Virus record (IMG/VR): IMGVR_UViG_2811995091_000109
Span: 1-64,000 of that record
Source of the DNA: an uncultured virus (IMG/VR IMGVR_UViG_2811995091_000109)
Taxonomy: Duplodnaviria > Heunggongvirae > Uroviricota > Caudoviricetes
Length of the DNA stretch: 64,000 nt
Strand: one strand, 5' to 3'
Shown here piece by piece: positions 48,462-59,700 of this stretch. The stretch's first letter is position 1. Every line of letters starts with the position of its first letter. The notes beneath the pieces are model-generated. The model worked only from the letters and a program-made list of their open reading frames with translations. It had not been told where the DNA came from and did no database searches. Made by a program: the position numbers and the translations under genes.

Positions 48462-49627
48462 ACTTCTCCCATTATTATTTTAGCCTCTTTTAAGAGGGAC
48501 TTTTTATAGTCACTATCTATGTCTTGAGAGTTAACAAACGCCTTAAACATAGAGAAATCATCTTTTTTATTTAATATAGAATTATCTCTAACAATTCTTT
48601 TTGTTATGGCCTCTATAGATATTCTCGAAACATGAAAGGCTCCAAGGCTGTAAAGGCTAGACTCAATAGATGCCTTGTCTATTGCCGGCAAGACCTTTTC
48701 ATCTATTAGAATCTTGAATCTAACAATTCTATCTTTCAAATCATATTCTTCCAAAGCATCTTCTAAGACTTTGCCTACATCTGCGAAACCAACGCCTGAT
48801 AAATCAATTGACTCATCTAATAAATCTCTTATAGGAAATTTGCAAAATTTTGCTTTCTTCTTTGAAATGTCATAATCTACAAAATATTTCTCAACATTTG
48901 TATCACCAAAATTTGATCGCTCCATAGAACCCGTATATACACATACTGGTGCGTGTTTCCGCAAGACCCTAAACTGATGCAGATGCCCCATCATAGTTAT
49001 GTCACAACCCTCAAAGGCCGATGGGCTTGCCATAATTTCGGTTCCACCATAATCTGTATAGCTTCCTTCGTAAAAAAAGTTATGACCAACCGCCAGGATT
49101 GGGGCTCCATCTGTGGAGGCTGCAATCATTTCTTTAACATGCAAATCATAGTTCTTAGATTGTTCAACCACGCTTGTTCCTTCATACATCTTCCTATCTC
49201 TATAAGGGAGAAGCAGAAGGTTGACCTTCTCATTCTTTGCATTACAAACTTGCACAACCTCTGGTTCAAGCAACATTCTTACATTAGGATATTCTGTTGC
49301 AGAAAGAGAAACTATAGAGCTTGTAAAACTAGATCCGCTCTTTTTGTAATCATGATTTCCCATAATAACAAAAGTTGCAATATTCGCATTAGATAATCGC
49401 TTTAACGCCTTATCTACAATGCTCATATGTTCAACGCTTGGATCTCTATATTCAAAGATATCACCTGTTTGAACAAAAATATCAGCCTTTGTCTTTATGG
49501 TATAGTCAATTACATGATTAAGAGTCTTCTCATAATCATCAACCCTTGTATTTCCGCCTTTACCATTAGCTCTGCCAAGGCCAAAGACGGCACCAATATG
49601 TGTATCTCCACAAACAATTATTCTCAT
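48458..49627 (-). CDS. sbcD: SbcD/Mre11 metallophosphoesterase nuclease
   Basis: GDTHIG, GDIF, GNHD, GH, MGHLH, YTGS; overlaps the sbcC start. Confidence 0.92.
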   Translation of the reverse strand: MRIIVCGDTHIGAVFGLGRANGKGGNTRVDDYEKTLNHVIDYTIKTKADIFVQTGDIFEYRDPSVEHMSIVDKALKRLSNANIATFVIMGNHDYKKSGSSFTSSIVSLSATEYPNVRMLLEPEVVQVCNAKNEKVNLLLLPYRDRKMYEGTSVVEQSKNYDLHVKEMIAASTDGAPILAVGHNFFYEGSYTDYGGTEIMASPSAFEGCDITMMGHLHQFRVLRKHAPVCVYTGSMERSNFGDTNVEKYFVDYDISKKKAKFCKFPIRDLLDESIDLSGVGFADVGKVLEDALEEYDLKDRIVRFKILIDEKVLPAIDKASIESSLYSLGAFHVSRISIEAITKRIVRDNSILNKKDDFSMFKAFVNSQDIDSDYKKSLLKEAKIIMGEV

Positions 49628-50181
49628 TTGTTTGAATACCTCCTATTTATAGCATCTTTTATTTTTCGCAATAATGCTTTTGTGCGATGTACATCGTACC
49701 TATCAACTTCTTTTATATATCCATCTGTCTTCTTCATAAGCCTTTCTATCCAAGCAGCATCATCAGGATGTTGTTTTTGAGCATCCCTAAAACAATTAGA
49801 TATTTGCAAAAGCTGTGAAAAATTCATAGCCTTTCTTTCCTTGGAAGCTTTCCCAATTTTCGTTGGATCAACAAACTCTGATAAATCATATATCGCTGTA
49901 GAAAAGTCTACAGCTTTACATAATATGTAAAAGTCAATAGCATTGTTAGACGCTCCGCATCCAAAGCAATAAAAATTATTATTTACATCATCAATATATA
50001 AAGACCCTGTTCTTTCAGAGCCATTCTTGTGTTCTGCAGATGGGCATTTACACCTGTGTGTAAAGTTCCCACTGTTTATCTGCTCCAATGATATTGAAAA
50101 CTTAGAAGCTAAACTGGTTATTGTTACAGTTTTTATTATTTCTTCTTTTGAATATCTAATCAAGATAGTAACCTGTCCCAA
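49624..50181 (-). CDS. Stand-alone CHC2-type (primase) zinc-finger protein
   Basis: CPSAEH...ERTGSLYI...FYCFGCG..NAIDF...DFSTAI. Start uncertain (TTG at 50163 is possible). Confidence 0.8.
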   Translation of the reverse strand: MGQVTILIRYSKEEIIKTVTITSLASKFSISLEQINSGNFTHRCKCPSAEHKNGSERTGSLYIDDVNNNFYCFGCGASNNAIDFYILCKAVDFSTAIYDLSEFVDPTKIGKASKERKAMNFSQLLQISNCFRDAQKQHPDDAAWIERLMKKTDGYIKEVDRYDVHRTKALLRKIKDAINRRYSNK

Positions 50182-51251
50182 AAGGATTTCTTTTTAACTG
50201 CTGGTTTAATTTGACTTAACTCTCTTTGAACATCCTTTGCGAATGGTGCTCTAAAAAGTTTTGGTTTTGATAATGTTCCGTCCAAATACAATCCCGTTCC
50301 AACGTCTGTTATTTTCTCTGCGCCGCCGCGATCCAATATAACTCTGCTGTCAACAGCTGACGCCACCTTTAAAGCTATACGGCCTGAAAAATTTGATTTA
50401 ATCAAACCAGATATTACTCTACAAGAAGGCCTTTGTGTTGCCAAGATTATTGATACCCCCGCTGCTCTGCCTTTCTGCGCAACAAGACATAATGTTTTTT
50501 GAACATCTTTATCTTGCAAGACTATATCTGCCCATTCATCTACGATGATTACAATCGGTTGCATTCTGCTTCTTGAGCTTATACGCTTATTATATTCTAT
50601 AACGCTTCTGCATCCAGCTTTATGAAGAATGGAAAATCTAGACTCCATAATAAGCCTAACTTCTTCTATAACAAGTCCTGCATCTTCTGCTGAATTAACA
50701 ATAGACTTAACCGAAGAGAAGTCAGAATATACTCCAAACTCTACCATCTTTGGATCAATAAGATATAACAATGCATCAGACCCTATTAAGGATAGAACAA
50801 AGCTATGCAGCAAAACGCTTTTTCCAGATCCAGTAGTTCCTCCTACTAACAAGTTTGGCAAATCATTCAAATCAATAGATAGAAGCTCTCCCAAAGAATC
50901 TATCCCTAATGCAATTGGTGCATAATGATTCTTCGCAAAAGAGTTATAAACCTGTCCGAACAAAGGCGGCTCTATCTCTTCTCTTTGAATCTCTATTCTA
51001 TAGATTCCATCCTTCATAATCGGATGACCATTAGGATGAGAGTAAGACGACATAGCCATGCCTATATCTACCAAAACTCTATCCAGTCTTGACGACCTGA
51101 CTCCATTGGCTAATTTTACATCATAAATATCAAAAAATCTTTTTTTATTTAGCTTAACAGAGTTGGCTTTGATTCCGAAAGATTTGAGCAGTCTAAAAAG
51201 TTTTTCTTCCTTGTTTGGCTCAAATATCTCTATTACTTCGCTCGTTTTCAT
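50160..51251 (-). CDS. FtsK/SpoIIIE-family ATPase (motor domain only)
   Basis: LPNLLVGGTTGSGKS, LIDPKMVE, IIVDEWAD, GRAAGVSIILATQRP, DSRVILD..GAE. Confidence 0.92.
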   Translation of the reverse strand: MKTSEVIEIFEPNKEEKLFRLLKSFGIKANSVKLNKKRFFDIYDVKLANGVRSSRLDRVLVDIGMAMSSYSHPNGHPIMKDGIYRIEIQREEIEPPLFGQVYNSFAKNHYAPIALGIDSLGELLSIDLNDLPNLLVGGTTGSGKSVLLHSFVLSLIGSDALLYLIDPKMVEFGVYSDFSSVKSIVNSAEDAGLVIEEVRLIMESRFSILHKAGCRSVIEYNKRISSRSRMQPIVIIVDEWADIVLQDKDVQKTLCLVAQKGRAAGVSIILATQRPSCRVISGLIKSNFSGRIALKVASAVDSRVILDRGGAEKITDVGTGLYLDGTLSKPKLFRAPFAKDVQRELSQIKPAVKKKSFWDRLLS

Positions 51252-51438
51252 TCATGCTCCTTATTTCAGATAATATATCTTGCAGGGCCTCGCGGTATCC
51301 TACCAATCCAGTATAGACACCGTTGGCGTCTGGAGCAACAGAAAATTTCTTGGATTCATCTTCCAGGTATCTTATCTTCTTTTTAACTTCCGATATCTGA
51401 TCCAAAATAAGATTTATAACCTTATTTTTAAAAGTCAT
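51220..51438 (-). CDS. Hypothetical protein
   Basis: 72-aa ORF overlapping both neighbours. Confidence 0.5.
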   Translation of the reverse strand: MTFKNKVINLILDQISEVKKKIRYLEDESKKFSVAPDANGVYTGLVGYREALQDILSEIRSMNENERSNRDI

Positions 51439-51788
51439 TTTACCTTCTGATTTTTCTTAAGTCTATTTATCTCTAGCTTCAAATCTCTTAGTTCTACTTC
51501 TAATTTTGTATTATCATCTCTTAGTTTCAAACAAGACCTTAGGGCCAATACTATTAATCCGAAGATTCCTTCTCCAGGGTTTATTCCGTCTAATTCGTCT
51601 GCAGAAACAAGAAGTCTATTAAGAGTAGATATAACATTATTGTGATAAGCTGGAGTTTGATTGTCTGGATGAGTCTTGTCTGATAACAGCTTTTTGAAAT
51701 CATTAAAAGCATTTTCTATGTTATCTTTGTTTTGTTTTTTAGAATCCATATACTTATTATTTTTCGGTAACTTTAAATCACTCATCAC
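51435..51788 (-). CDS. Hypothetical protein with C-terminal coiled coil
   Basis: 117-aa ORF with RBS GAGG. Confidence 0.55.
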   Translation of the reverse strand: MMSDLKLPKNNKYMDSKKQNKDNIENAFNDFKKLLSDKTHPDNQTPAYHNNVISTLNRLLVSADELDGINPGEGIFGLIVLALRSCLKLRDDNTKLEVELRDLKLEINRLKKNQKVK

Positions 51789-52110
51789 AATCCTCTTTTG
51801 AAGTCAACATAACATACAGGCCGCACATTTTATGCATCCTTATAAATGCTTGTACTTTGTGTAATCCGTCTTCATCTATAATACTAAATTGTCTATACAA
51901 AAAATTGACAATATTGACGCACTTGTTGTAGTCATAGCAGGGTGCGTCAAATAAACCACATGCATTTTCTAGAAAATTAAAAACCTTTTCTTTATCTTCT
52001 GAATTTATATTTGATAAATCCACTATTGGATTTGCAACAGAATCGCAATATATAAAACTATCGGAATCTTTAAATCCATTACAACCTAATAAAAGATAAG
52101 TATTCAACAT
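51778..52110 (-). CDS. Hypothetical protein
   Basis: 110-aa ORF with RBS GAGG. Confidence 0.55.
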   Translation of the reverse strand: MLNTYLLLGCNGFKDSDSFIYCDSVANPIVDLSNINSEDKEKVFNFLENACGLFDAPCYDYNKCVNIVNFLYRQFSIIDEDGLHKVQAFIRMHKMCGLYVMLTSKEDCDE

Positions 52111-52128
52111 AATCCTCGATTATAATCT

Positions 52129-55100
52129 CTATGTCAATATAAGTATTGGGTTATATACGCCGCCCATCGGTTCGCTATGAGACTTGCAATACGCCCAAAC
52201 CTGATATGCAACCGGAGCATCTTGTGGGTCCAAAGGAGGCTCGAACAATAAATAGCCATCATTTCCAGGAGTTCCTATCGAAGTGCAGAAATATTCTGAG
52301 GGACTATCTGCGTTTCTAGTAAACAACAACTTGTGCCCTCCCTCTGCAAGAGATGCATGAGTCTGATCGAATAGGTATGGAACTCCGCCGTGCATTACTG
52401 GGGCTTGTTCTTGATTGCCGTTGAATACAAACTTATCATTTGGAACCTCAACTAGAATGGGGCTTCCTACTACTGCAAACTTCTTTTCAACTGGGGCGCT
52501 CCATGCGCCATCGTTATCAGAAACTCTTACCCTCCAATACTCATATCCTGGCCCATCTTGAGCTTGTCTTATAACAGCTGATGTAGCCTGGGTCTGTTCC
52601 CAAATGGCATTGCCTCCAAAAGCATCTAGTCTAGTGAATTCATAGTTAGCAATTGAACCATCAGTATCGGAGCTATCAGAAGCATCTACACAATACTGTT
52701 GACCCGCTGGAATATACACCTTCTCTACAACCCCTTCTTGGTCGGCAAACTTGAACGAAGCAGTCGGGGCTTCATTCGATGCCACTGCAACTGATATATC
52801 CGCTGTAACCTTATTGCTTGCAAGATCATGCTCATCTGTAACTATTAATCCGATTGTATAAGCTCCTTCTACATCTGGAGTGAATGTCGCAGAAGTATCT
52901 GTTCCAAGGCTTTCTGTAGGAACCGCGCTGCCAACGGCCACAGAGTCCAATGTCCAAGCATATGTAAGATCATCCCCGTTTGGATCGCTGCTGTTTGCTC
53001 CAGAAGCACTGACTGCAGATCCGGCTTCTGGGCTTGCTGTTATGCCATCTATTACTGCAGTAGGCTGCTGATTAGCTGCCGTAACAACTATGCCTGCTGT
53101 AACCTTATCACTTGCAAGTCCATGTTCATCCGTAACTATTAATCCAACAGTATATGTTCCCGCTTTATCTGGAGTAAATGTCGCAGTCGATTCTGTTCCA
53201 AGGCTTTCTGTAGGAACACTGCTGCCAACGGCCACAGAGTCCATTGTCCAAGCATATGTAAGATCATCCCCGTTTGGATCGCTGCTGGTCACGCCAGAAA
53301 CAGTGATTTCAGAACCTGTCTCAGGGCCGTCTGGCAAGCCGCTTATTGCTGCAGCAGGTTGCTGATTAGCTGCTGCAGCAACTAAAGTTGCCGAAGCTTG
53401 AGTGCTAGCATATCCATGCTCATCCGTAACTGTAAGATAGATAGTATATGCTCCCTCCGCATCTGGAGTGAATGTTTGAATTGATGCATCGCTTGCTGGA
53501 TTTAAAGCATTATCATTAGTTAAGCTGCTTCCATCTGGAATTGTGCCGAAGGTCCAAGCATATGTGATTGAATCACCATCTGGATCACTGCTGCCGGAGC
53601 CATCTGCCGTCACAAGAACTCCAACCTCTCCTACGTTTCCTGCAAAAGATGCTACTATTGAAGCAGCAGGCTGCTGATTTGCAGCAGAAAGAGTAAGGTC
53701 GTGTTCAGCCCATGCGGTCTCTCCATCATCATCTGTTACAGTCAGCCTAAGAGTATAATCTCCTACCGTACCTGCAGTGAACACGGCTTCTTTTATTGCG
53801 GCATCTACAAAGCTTGCGGTATCTCCAGGTTGAGTCGTCACAGTCCAAGCATAAGTTTCAATTGTCCCATCTGCATCACCTGCTGTAGCATCCATAGTAA
53901 TGCTTTCGCCTGTTTCGAGGGTTCCTGATGTTCCTTCAATAGATACGGTAGGTGCCAGATTTGCAGCAGCAACGTCTATGCTTGCCGAAGCTGGAGTGCT
54001 AGCATATCCATGCTCATCCGTAACTGTAAGACTTATAGTGTATGCTCCTGCTACATCTGGAGTCCACGTTTGAGATGATGCATCACCTGCTGGATCTAAA
54101 TCATCATCAGTAGTGATACTGCTTCCGCCTGGAACTTCGCTAAATGTCCAAACATATGTGAGTGAACCACCATCTGGATCGTTGGTACCAGTATCAACTG
54201 CCGTTATAAGATCTCCAACCTCTCCGTTGCCTGCAATTGATATTACTACTGCAGCAATGGGTTGCTGGTTGGCCGCAACAACATTAAACGTCTTAGATAT
54301 TTCTGCGCTATCAATACTTCCATCATTAACCTTAAGTTTAACAACAACAGCTTGACCTGTAAGATCTGCAGTAGCGATTGTAAATGTGTCAACATCTCCT
54401 TCATCATCCTGCACTTCGCCACCTATAGACCAAGTCCATATCTTCTGCAGAACATCTCCATCAACATCGGCTGATCCAGAGCCATCAACTGTGACTGTTT
54501 CAGAGACAGTAACATCATCACCATCATTAACTGCAACGCCTCCATCCTGTATGCTCAATTGAATATCTGGAACTCCAGCATTGTTAGACGCCTGCTCTTG
54601 CCCTGACTGAGCTGCACCTCCACAACAAGCGATAACAAACCACTCATTTGGTTCTCCAAGGCCTCCTTTTAAGCATGTAAGATGATAAGAAGCACCATAT
54701 TCTATAGTCAAATCATCCGTATCTCCATCTATTTGAGTTCCTGGAGCAGTTTGGTCTGGCTTCAAAGCAATTGAAACTTCTTCGTTTGAACCATCCTTGG
54801 ACATATTTTTTATCCAAAAATTGTTACCATCATCCCATTCAGTTGGATTTCCCGGAGCGGTTGGAAGAAGAACCTTTCCAGGCCCACCGGCCTGAGGCCC
54901 ATTCTGCCCATGAATAACCAGCAACTTACCATGATCTGCTTTTTCTATAAGAATGTCTGGCGTACCATTCTGCCAATTTGTTTTCTTTGGCTGAACATTA
55001 TTTGTTATTGTATCATCATAATAAACATCTCCAGTGGCATCTTCCCACACCATAACATAGCCAGTTTTTTTGGTTAAATCATTAAGACGAAGAGGGGGAT

Positions 55101-56718
55101 CTCCAGTTTCCCTGGCGTGTGCAACATGAAGCCTTCTTTGCGGCTCAGTCCCCGCATAAGTCGCAGAGGGGTCCATAATTCCCGTCCACCCTTCTTCGTT
55201 TACCATTATTACTTTGCGAGGTCCAGCGCCTGCGCTATCATTGACATATAATTTTACCTGACCTTTATCATCTAGGCCCGAACCTTTATGTGATACTTCT
55301 AGCTTCGCCAGAGTTCCAGAAGCTCCAGTGGAGTCATGCCCCTCAAAAGATATCTCGGTTTTTCTTTCATCGTCATAATCTGTATTGTTTTGATTAGACA
55401 ATGTTACAGCAGGATGATTACCTCCGGTTCCGTCATCTTTGTTATATAAAAATCCATCATTTCCATTAAACGATCCAGAGTCATTAAACTGAACGTTGGT
55501 ATCAGCACCGCCTGGAGAGCCTCCTGGTGATCCAGTCAACCACCCTTGTCCAGCAGAGTATAAGATCGTGTCCCCTGTACCGACACTGGCTGTATCTACA
55601 TCATTTAAGTCATTGAGAGCTAGGTCGATGACAGGCTCTAGCAAGTCTACAACGCTTCCATTGGAATCTTTAAAGTATGGATGGCCCGCATTAGTAGCAG
55701 GGCTTGTCCCATTTGATATAAAATAAGCGCCAGCGCCAGCTTCGCCCGTTGGAATGTTTGCCGGATCTTCTGGAGTTAGAACCAATCCAGTTGGATCTAT
55801 TAAGCCTGTGACTGTTAGCTTTCCATTTATATAAGCATCTCCCTCTACATAAAGAAGCTCAGTGCCCGTAGGGGTTGTTGCCCCTATTCCAACAAAGCCG
55901 TCGCCATCAATCGTAAGGCTCGGCCATGCCGAAGAGTCTTCTCCGTCTGGTTGAGTATAAAAGTATAAAGTAGAACCACTGTCTGTGTCTGTAGTGTCCC
56001 AATCACCATGTGCTACCGCACTAATAAAAGCTGCATTATAATCATATGTAGCTCCATCATCCGTAGAGCCTCCAAACGCAATCTTACCAATTGTGGTTCC
56101 GTCAGAAAATAAGGCAGGACTTTCAACTTTTCTTGTAAATTGTAAAGTTACTTTGTTATCACCCTCTATATGCAGCAGGGTCGCCGGAACCGCCTCACCA
56201 TCATAAGGAGCATCTGTTCCTATTCCAACTCTTATATTTTCATAATCATAAACAAAATTAGCATCGCCGCCAAACTCGCCATCTTTATTGTATTGAATGT
56301 GAGTATCTTCGCCACCGATTGTCATAGACAGATCTAAGTAATAACACCTCTCTCCGCCTGACTCTGTGTACTCAGGTATTGTGAGTTGTTCTGTATGCTC
56401 TGAGGGTTTATTATATATACTCTCTGAATAACATTGTATGTTATCTACCTGAACGGCTGGAGTTGTTCCGTCATATCCTCCAAGATTCTTGTGAGCTAAC
56501 TGCCCTCTTACGTGTTCACCGTTCGTTAAATAGACCTTAGATGCGTGACCATCTGTGTGCGCACCATCATGCACATGCCCATAGACAACAGGATCATATT
56601 CATCTGCCGTTGTGTTATAACCATACTCTCCACCATATAAGGCGTTCATAACTTCGGCTGTAACAACCGTTACAGCGGATGTATATCTAGTCAGTTTTGT
56701 ATCACTATCTGTCGCCAT
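52129..56718 (-). CDS. Tail-fibre-like adhesin with about 7 PKD/Ig-like repeats
   Basis: N.QP.A...S.DPDGD.LTYAWT...FTPD..G.YT..L.VTD repeats; RVGIGT and QYN.DG.FGG fibre motifs; N-terminus shared with 56732..59782. Confidence 0.75.
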   Translation of the reverse strand: MATDSDTKLTRYTSAVTVVTAEVMNALYGGEYGYNTTADEYDPVVYGHVHDGAHTDGHASKVYLTNGEHVRGQLAHKNLGGYDGTTPAVQVDNIQCYSESIYNKPSEHTEQLTIPEYTESGGERCYYLDLSMTIGGEDTHIQYNKDGEFGGDANFVYDYENIRVGIGTDAPYDGEAVPATLLHIEGDNKVTLQFTRKVESPALFSDGTTIGKIAFGGSTDDGATYDYNAAFISAVAHGDWDTTDTDSGSTLYFYTQPDGEDSSAWPSLTIDGDGFVGIGATTPTGTELLYVEGDAYINGKLTVTGLIDPTGLVLTPEDPANIPTGEAGAGAYFISNGTSPATNAGHPYFKDSNGSVVDLLEPVIDLALNDLNDVDTASVGTGDTILYSAGQGWLTGSPGGSPGGADTNVQFNDSGSFNGNDGFLYNKDDGTGGNHPAVTLSNQNNTDYDDERKTEISFEGHDSTGASGTLAKLEVSHKGSGLDDKGQVKLYVNDSAGAGPRKVIMVNEEGWTGIMDPSATYAGTEPQRRLHVAHARETGDPPLRLNDLTKKTGYVMVWEDATGDVYYDDTITNNVQPKKTNWQNGTPDILIEKADHGKLLVIHGQNGPQAGGPGKVLLPTAPGNPTEWDDGNNFWIKNMSKDGSNEEVSIALKPDQTAPGTQIDGDTDDLTIEYGASYHLTCLKGGLGEPNEWFVIACCGGAAQSGQEQASNNAGVPDIQLSIQDGGVAVNDGDDVTVSETVTVDGSGSADVDGDVLQKIWTWSIGGEVQDDEGDVDTFTIATADLTGQAVVVKLKVNDGSIDSAEISKTFNVVAANQQPIAAVVISIAGNGEVGDLITAVDTGTNDPDGGSLTYVWTFSEVPGGSSITTDDDLDPAGDASSQTWTPDVAGAYTISLTVTDEHGYASTPASASIDVAAANLAPTVSIEGTSGTLETGESITMDATAGDADGTIETYAWTVTTQPGDTASFVDAAIKEAVFTAGTVGDYTLRLTVTDDDGETAWAEHDLTLSAANQQPAASIVASFAGNVGEVGVLVTADGSGSSDPDGDSITYAWTFGTIPDGSSLTNDNALNPASDASIQTFTPDAEGAYTIYLTVTDEHGYASTQASATLVAAAANQQPAAAISGLPDGPETGSEITVSGVTSSDPNGDDLTYAWTMDSVAVGSSVPTESLGTESTATFTPDKAGTYTVGLIVTDEHGLASDKVTAGIVVTAANQQPTAVIDGITASPEAGSAVSASGANSSDPNGDDLTYAWTLDSVAVGSAVPTESLGTDTSATFTPDVEGAYTIGLIVTDEHDLASNKVTADISVAVASNEAPTASFKFADQEGVVEKVYIPAGQQYCVDASDSSDTDGSIANYEFTRLDAFGGNAIWEQTQATSAVIRQAQDGPGYEYWRVRVSDNDGAWSAPVEKKFAVVGSPILVEVPNDKFVFNGNQEQAPVMHGGVPYLFDQTHASLAEGGHKLLFTRNADSPSEYFCTSIGTPGNDGYLLFEPPLDPQDAPVAYQVWAYCKSHSEPMGGVYNPILILT
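52780..54290 (-). repeat. Tandem PKD-like domain repeats (about 294-310 bp period)
   Basis: Near-identical DNA at ~52898-52993 and ~53192-53287, offset 294 bp. Confidence 0.85.
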
Positions 56719-56731
56719 TACTTAAACCTCA

Positions 56732-59700
56732 TCATGGTGGTCCCGCTGAGTGCATCGCTAAGTGAAGAGCATTTTCTACGACTTCAACTCTGGCAACAAT
56801 GCACTCTCCGACCCAATTTGCTGGATCATTGTTTATAACAACAGCAAATAAACCAGGAAGCTCTCCTGAGTTTGCGACAATCCATCCGTCAAGATCTCCC
56901 CAACTTCCATCATTTGCAGGAGCTGTAATGCTATGTGTAAAAAATATTTCAAAATCAGTTCCAGCGGTTGGAGTATTAGGGTTAGATATTGTAGCTACAG
57001 AAGAATTAAAACTTACTGCCATAGGGATTTCATTACTAGAATAAGCAAACCTTCCATCTGGGTAAGTAATTATGCCTCCAGACATCTTAAATGCAATACA
57101 GTGAGGAATGCTTCCAGCCCCACCGTTAACCTCTGAAAACCTTAAAATGCAATCAAGAGAATAAGAGTAAGAGCTGTTGGGCCTCGGAACAAGCTTTTCC
57201 CCTCGAAAGCCGAAGTGACCCAACGTTGCGCCATCCAAATAAGCCCCAAACTTTTGAGGAGAAGCGGGTGGAAATACTGCATTTATATCTGGATAGTCCC
57301 AGTGTCCAGAGAATGTAAGAACGAATGTTTGAGATGAGCCCGTAGGGTATTCTGCCGGAAGTAAATCCAAAGCCCAAATCCCAGGCCCTCCTCCTATATC
57401 ATAGTCCTCTAAAACAGCATCGCCGGTAATCGCAAAAGCATGAGATGCCTGGGAAGTTTGGCCTCTTAAATATGAAAATGAAGATAAACCAAAAGCGGTT
57501 GAATAATGACCAGAGGTTGTATCCATCCCTCCTTTTATTAAATTGCCTTCCCCTCCTAAGACGGATGAGTGTTCAACAGCGGAAATGCTGTTATCACTTC
57601 CACAAAGAACGGCAGAAGCTTTTGACGCCTGCAAAATAAGATTGGTCTTACCAGAGCCTATAAAGCTATGATCAGAACCGTCTGAAACCTGATTACCTTG
57701 TCCGCACACTATTGAGGAGTAATCAACCTCATTCATTATGCAGAATTCTCCCGCACCAATGAAGTTAACGCCAAATCCATCTCCGGTTATCTCATTTGCA
57801 CTTCCACAAACTATAGCTGTATATGGACTTACTGCAAGAATCTTATTAAGCTTTCCTCCTCCTACGAAACCCCCTGGGCTTCCGCTTCCTCCTGATCCGA
57901 CAAAGTTTTCTTCGCCACCGCCAATGAAGGACGCCCATGAGTCTACTATTGAATTTAATTTTCCTGATGCAATTCCGCTATTGGTAGCAGCGTTTATAGA
58001 AGATCGTTCTCCCGCTCCAATAAATGACAAACCTGATGTGCCATCAATTACATTTCCAATCCCTCCAACAATAGTTGATGTTGTGCTGTCAGCAATACGG
58101 TTAGCATCGCCACCGCCAGGACCTCCTCCTCCTCCAATAAAGGAGTAGCCAGAGGTTGTAATGCTATTATCTTTTCCGCCACAAATTGCAGAATAGCTAG
58201 AGCTTTGATATATATTTATACCTTCTCCACCAAGTATTGACGAAGAAGGGGATTCCACCTTATTGGTTGAGCCTCCTCCGACAACGGCATGATCAGAGGT
58301 CATTTCAATAGAGTTAGATTCGCCTCCTCCAACAACAGAGTAAGGAGAAGTGGCTTCCACCTTATTGGTTGAGCCTCCTCCAATAAAAGAGTATTCTGAA
58401 CTCTCTATAATCTTGTTTGATCCGCCTCCTGTTATCGTAGAGGCTGTGCATGGAAATGAAACACCTGTGTTTTGTTCTCCAATCTCATTCGCTGCGCCAC
58501 CGCCGACAAACGACCAACCAGAGCCATCATAAACTTTATTAAGATTTCCACCCCCAATAACAGAGTATTCGCATGAAGCTGTAATCGCCGGAGCAACAAC
58601 TGTTGTTCCAATTTCGTTTCCAAGTCCACCGCTGATCGTAGAGGCTTGCGATCCGTCTAACACTTTATTGGCTGAGCCACCAGATACAGTTGAGTAATCA
58701 GATCCTTCTTTTGCTTCATTGCTTAGACCGCCTGAGATTACCGAGTATTGATCGCCTACAGTATTGGTACTTCCCCCGCCAATTGCAGTATAGTCAGCAG
58801 AGGCTTGATTGCTAGCCCCGCCAGATACAGTTGACCAGCCTCCAGAAGCTGTAATTTGACTGCCTCCAGATGCGGTTGAGTAATCTCCAGAAGCTGTAAC
58901 TTGATTGCCTCCAGATACCACGGCAGCCTCTCCGCTTGCAGTGTTTTCAAAGCCGCCGCCAACAGTGGCCTTTATTGTATCGGCTGTATTATCATATCCA
59001 CCGCCAACTGTTGTGTTTGCAGCCGAGGCTTCATTACTCTGCCCGCCGGAGACAACAGCGTTTAAAGACGAAGCCTCATTTCCTCTACCTCCAGAAACAG
59101 TCGAGGAGCTTCCAGACGCAGTTGTGTTTACTCCAAACGCAGTAGAGTAGTCCCCCCTGTTAGCCTCATCCCATTGATCCGAGTCAACAGAGCCTGCTCT
59201 AAAGGCGGCTTTGTCTCTATCATAGAGAAGCCTATTGTCTCCAGAGGTTCCAAATGCTAAGTCGTCTAATGAATTAGATCCAAATACAAAGTCATACCCG
59301 CTGTCTTCAAAGGATAGGCCATCATCGTCTTCTCTCTGTCTTATTAATTTTGTTTCCAAACCAGGAGCAAGGCCACGCTCTAAGGAGGGGTCTTCAATCT
59401 CGTGGAATGTAAAGTCTGAACGAATAATTCTTAGATCGAGGTAATAATATATATCTCCATCTACATCTTCATACTCTGGAATTACCTCATCTTGATAAAC
59501 AGAGTCATAAACATTATTCTTCATTACTGCATCATCACCCAGGTTGGCATGAACCAGTACGCCTCTTACATGAAAGGGGTCTGACAAGCTTACTCTTGAC
59601 GCGTGTCCGTCTACGTGTTCTCCGTCATGTACGTGTCCGTGCGCGAGTGGATGATAGGAGTCCAAAGACGATACTTCGCTCGTTCCATACAGTCCCCCAA

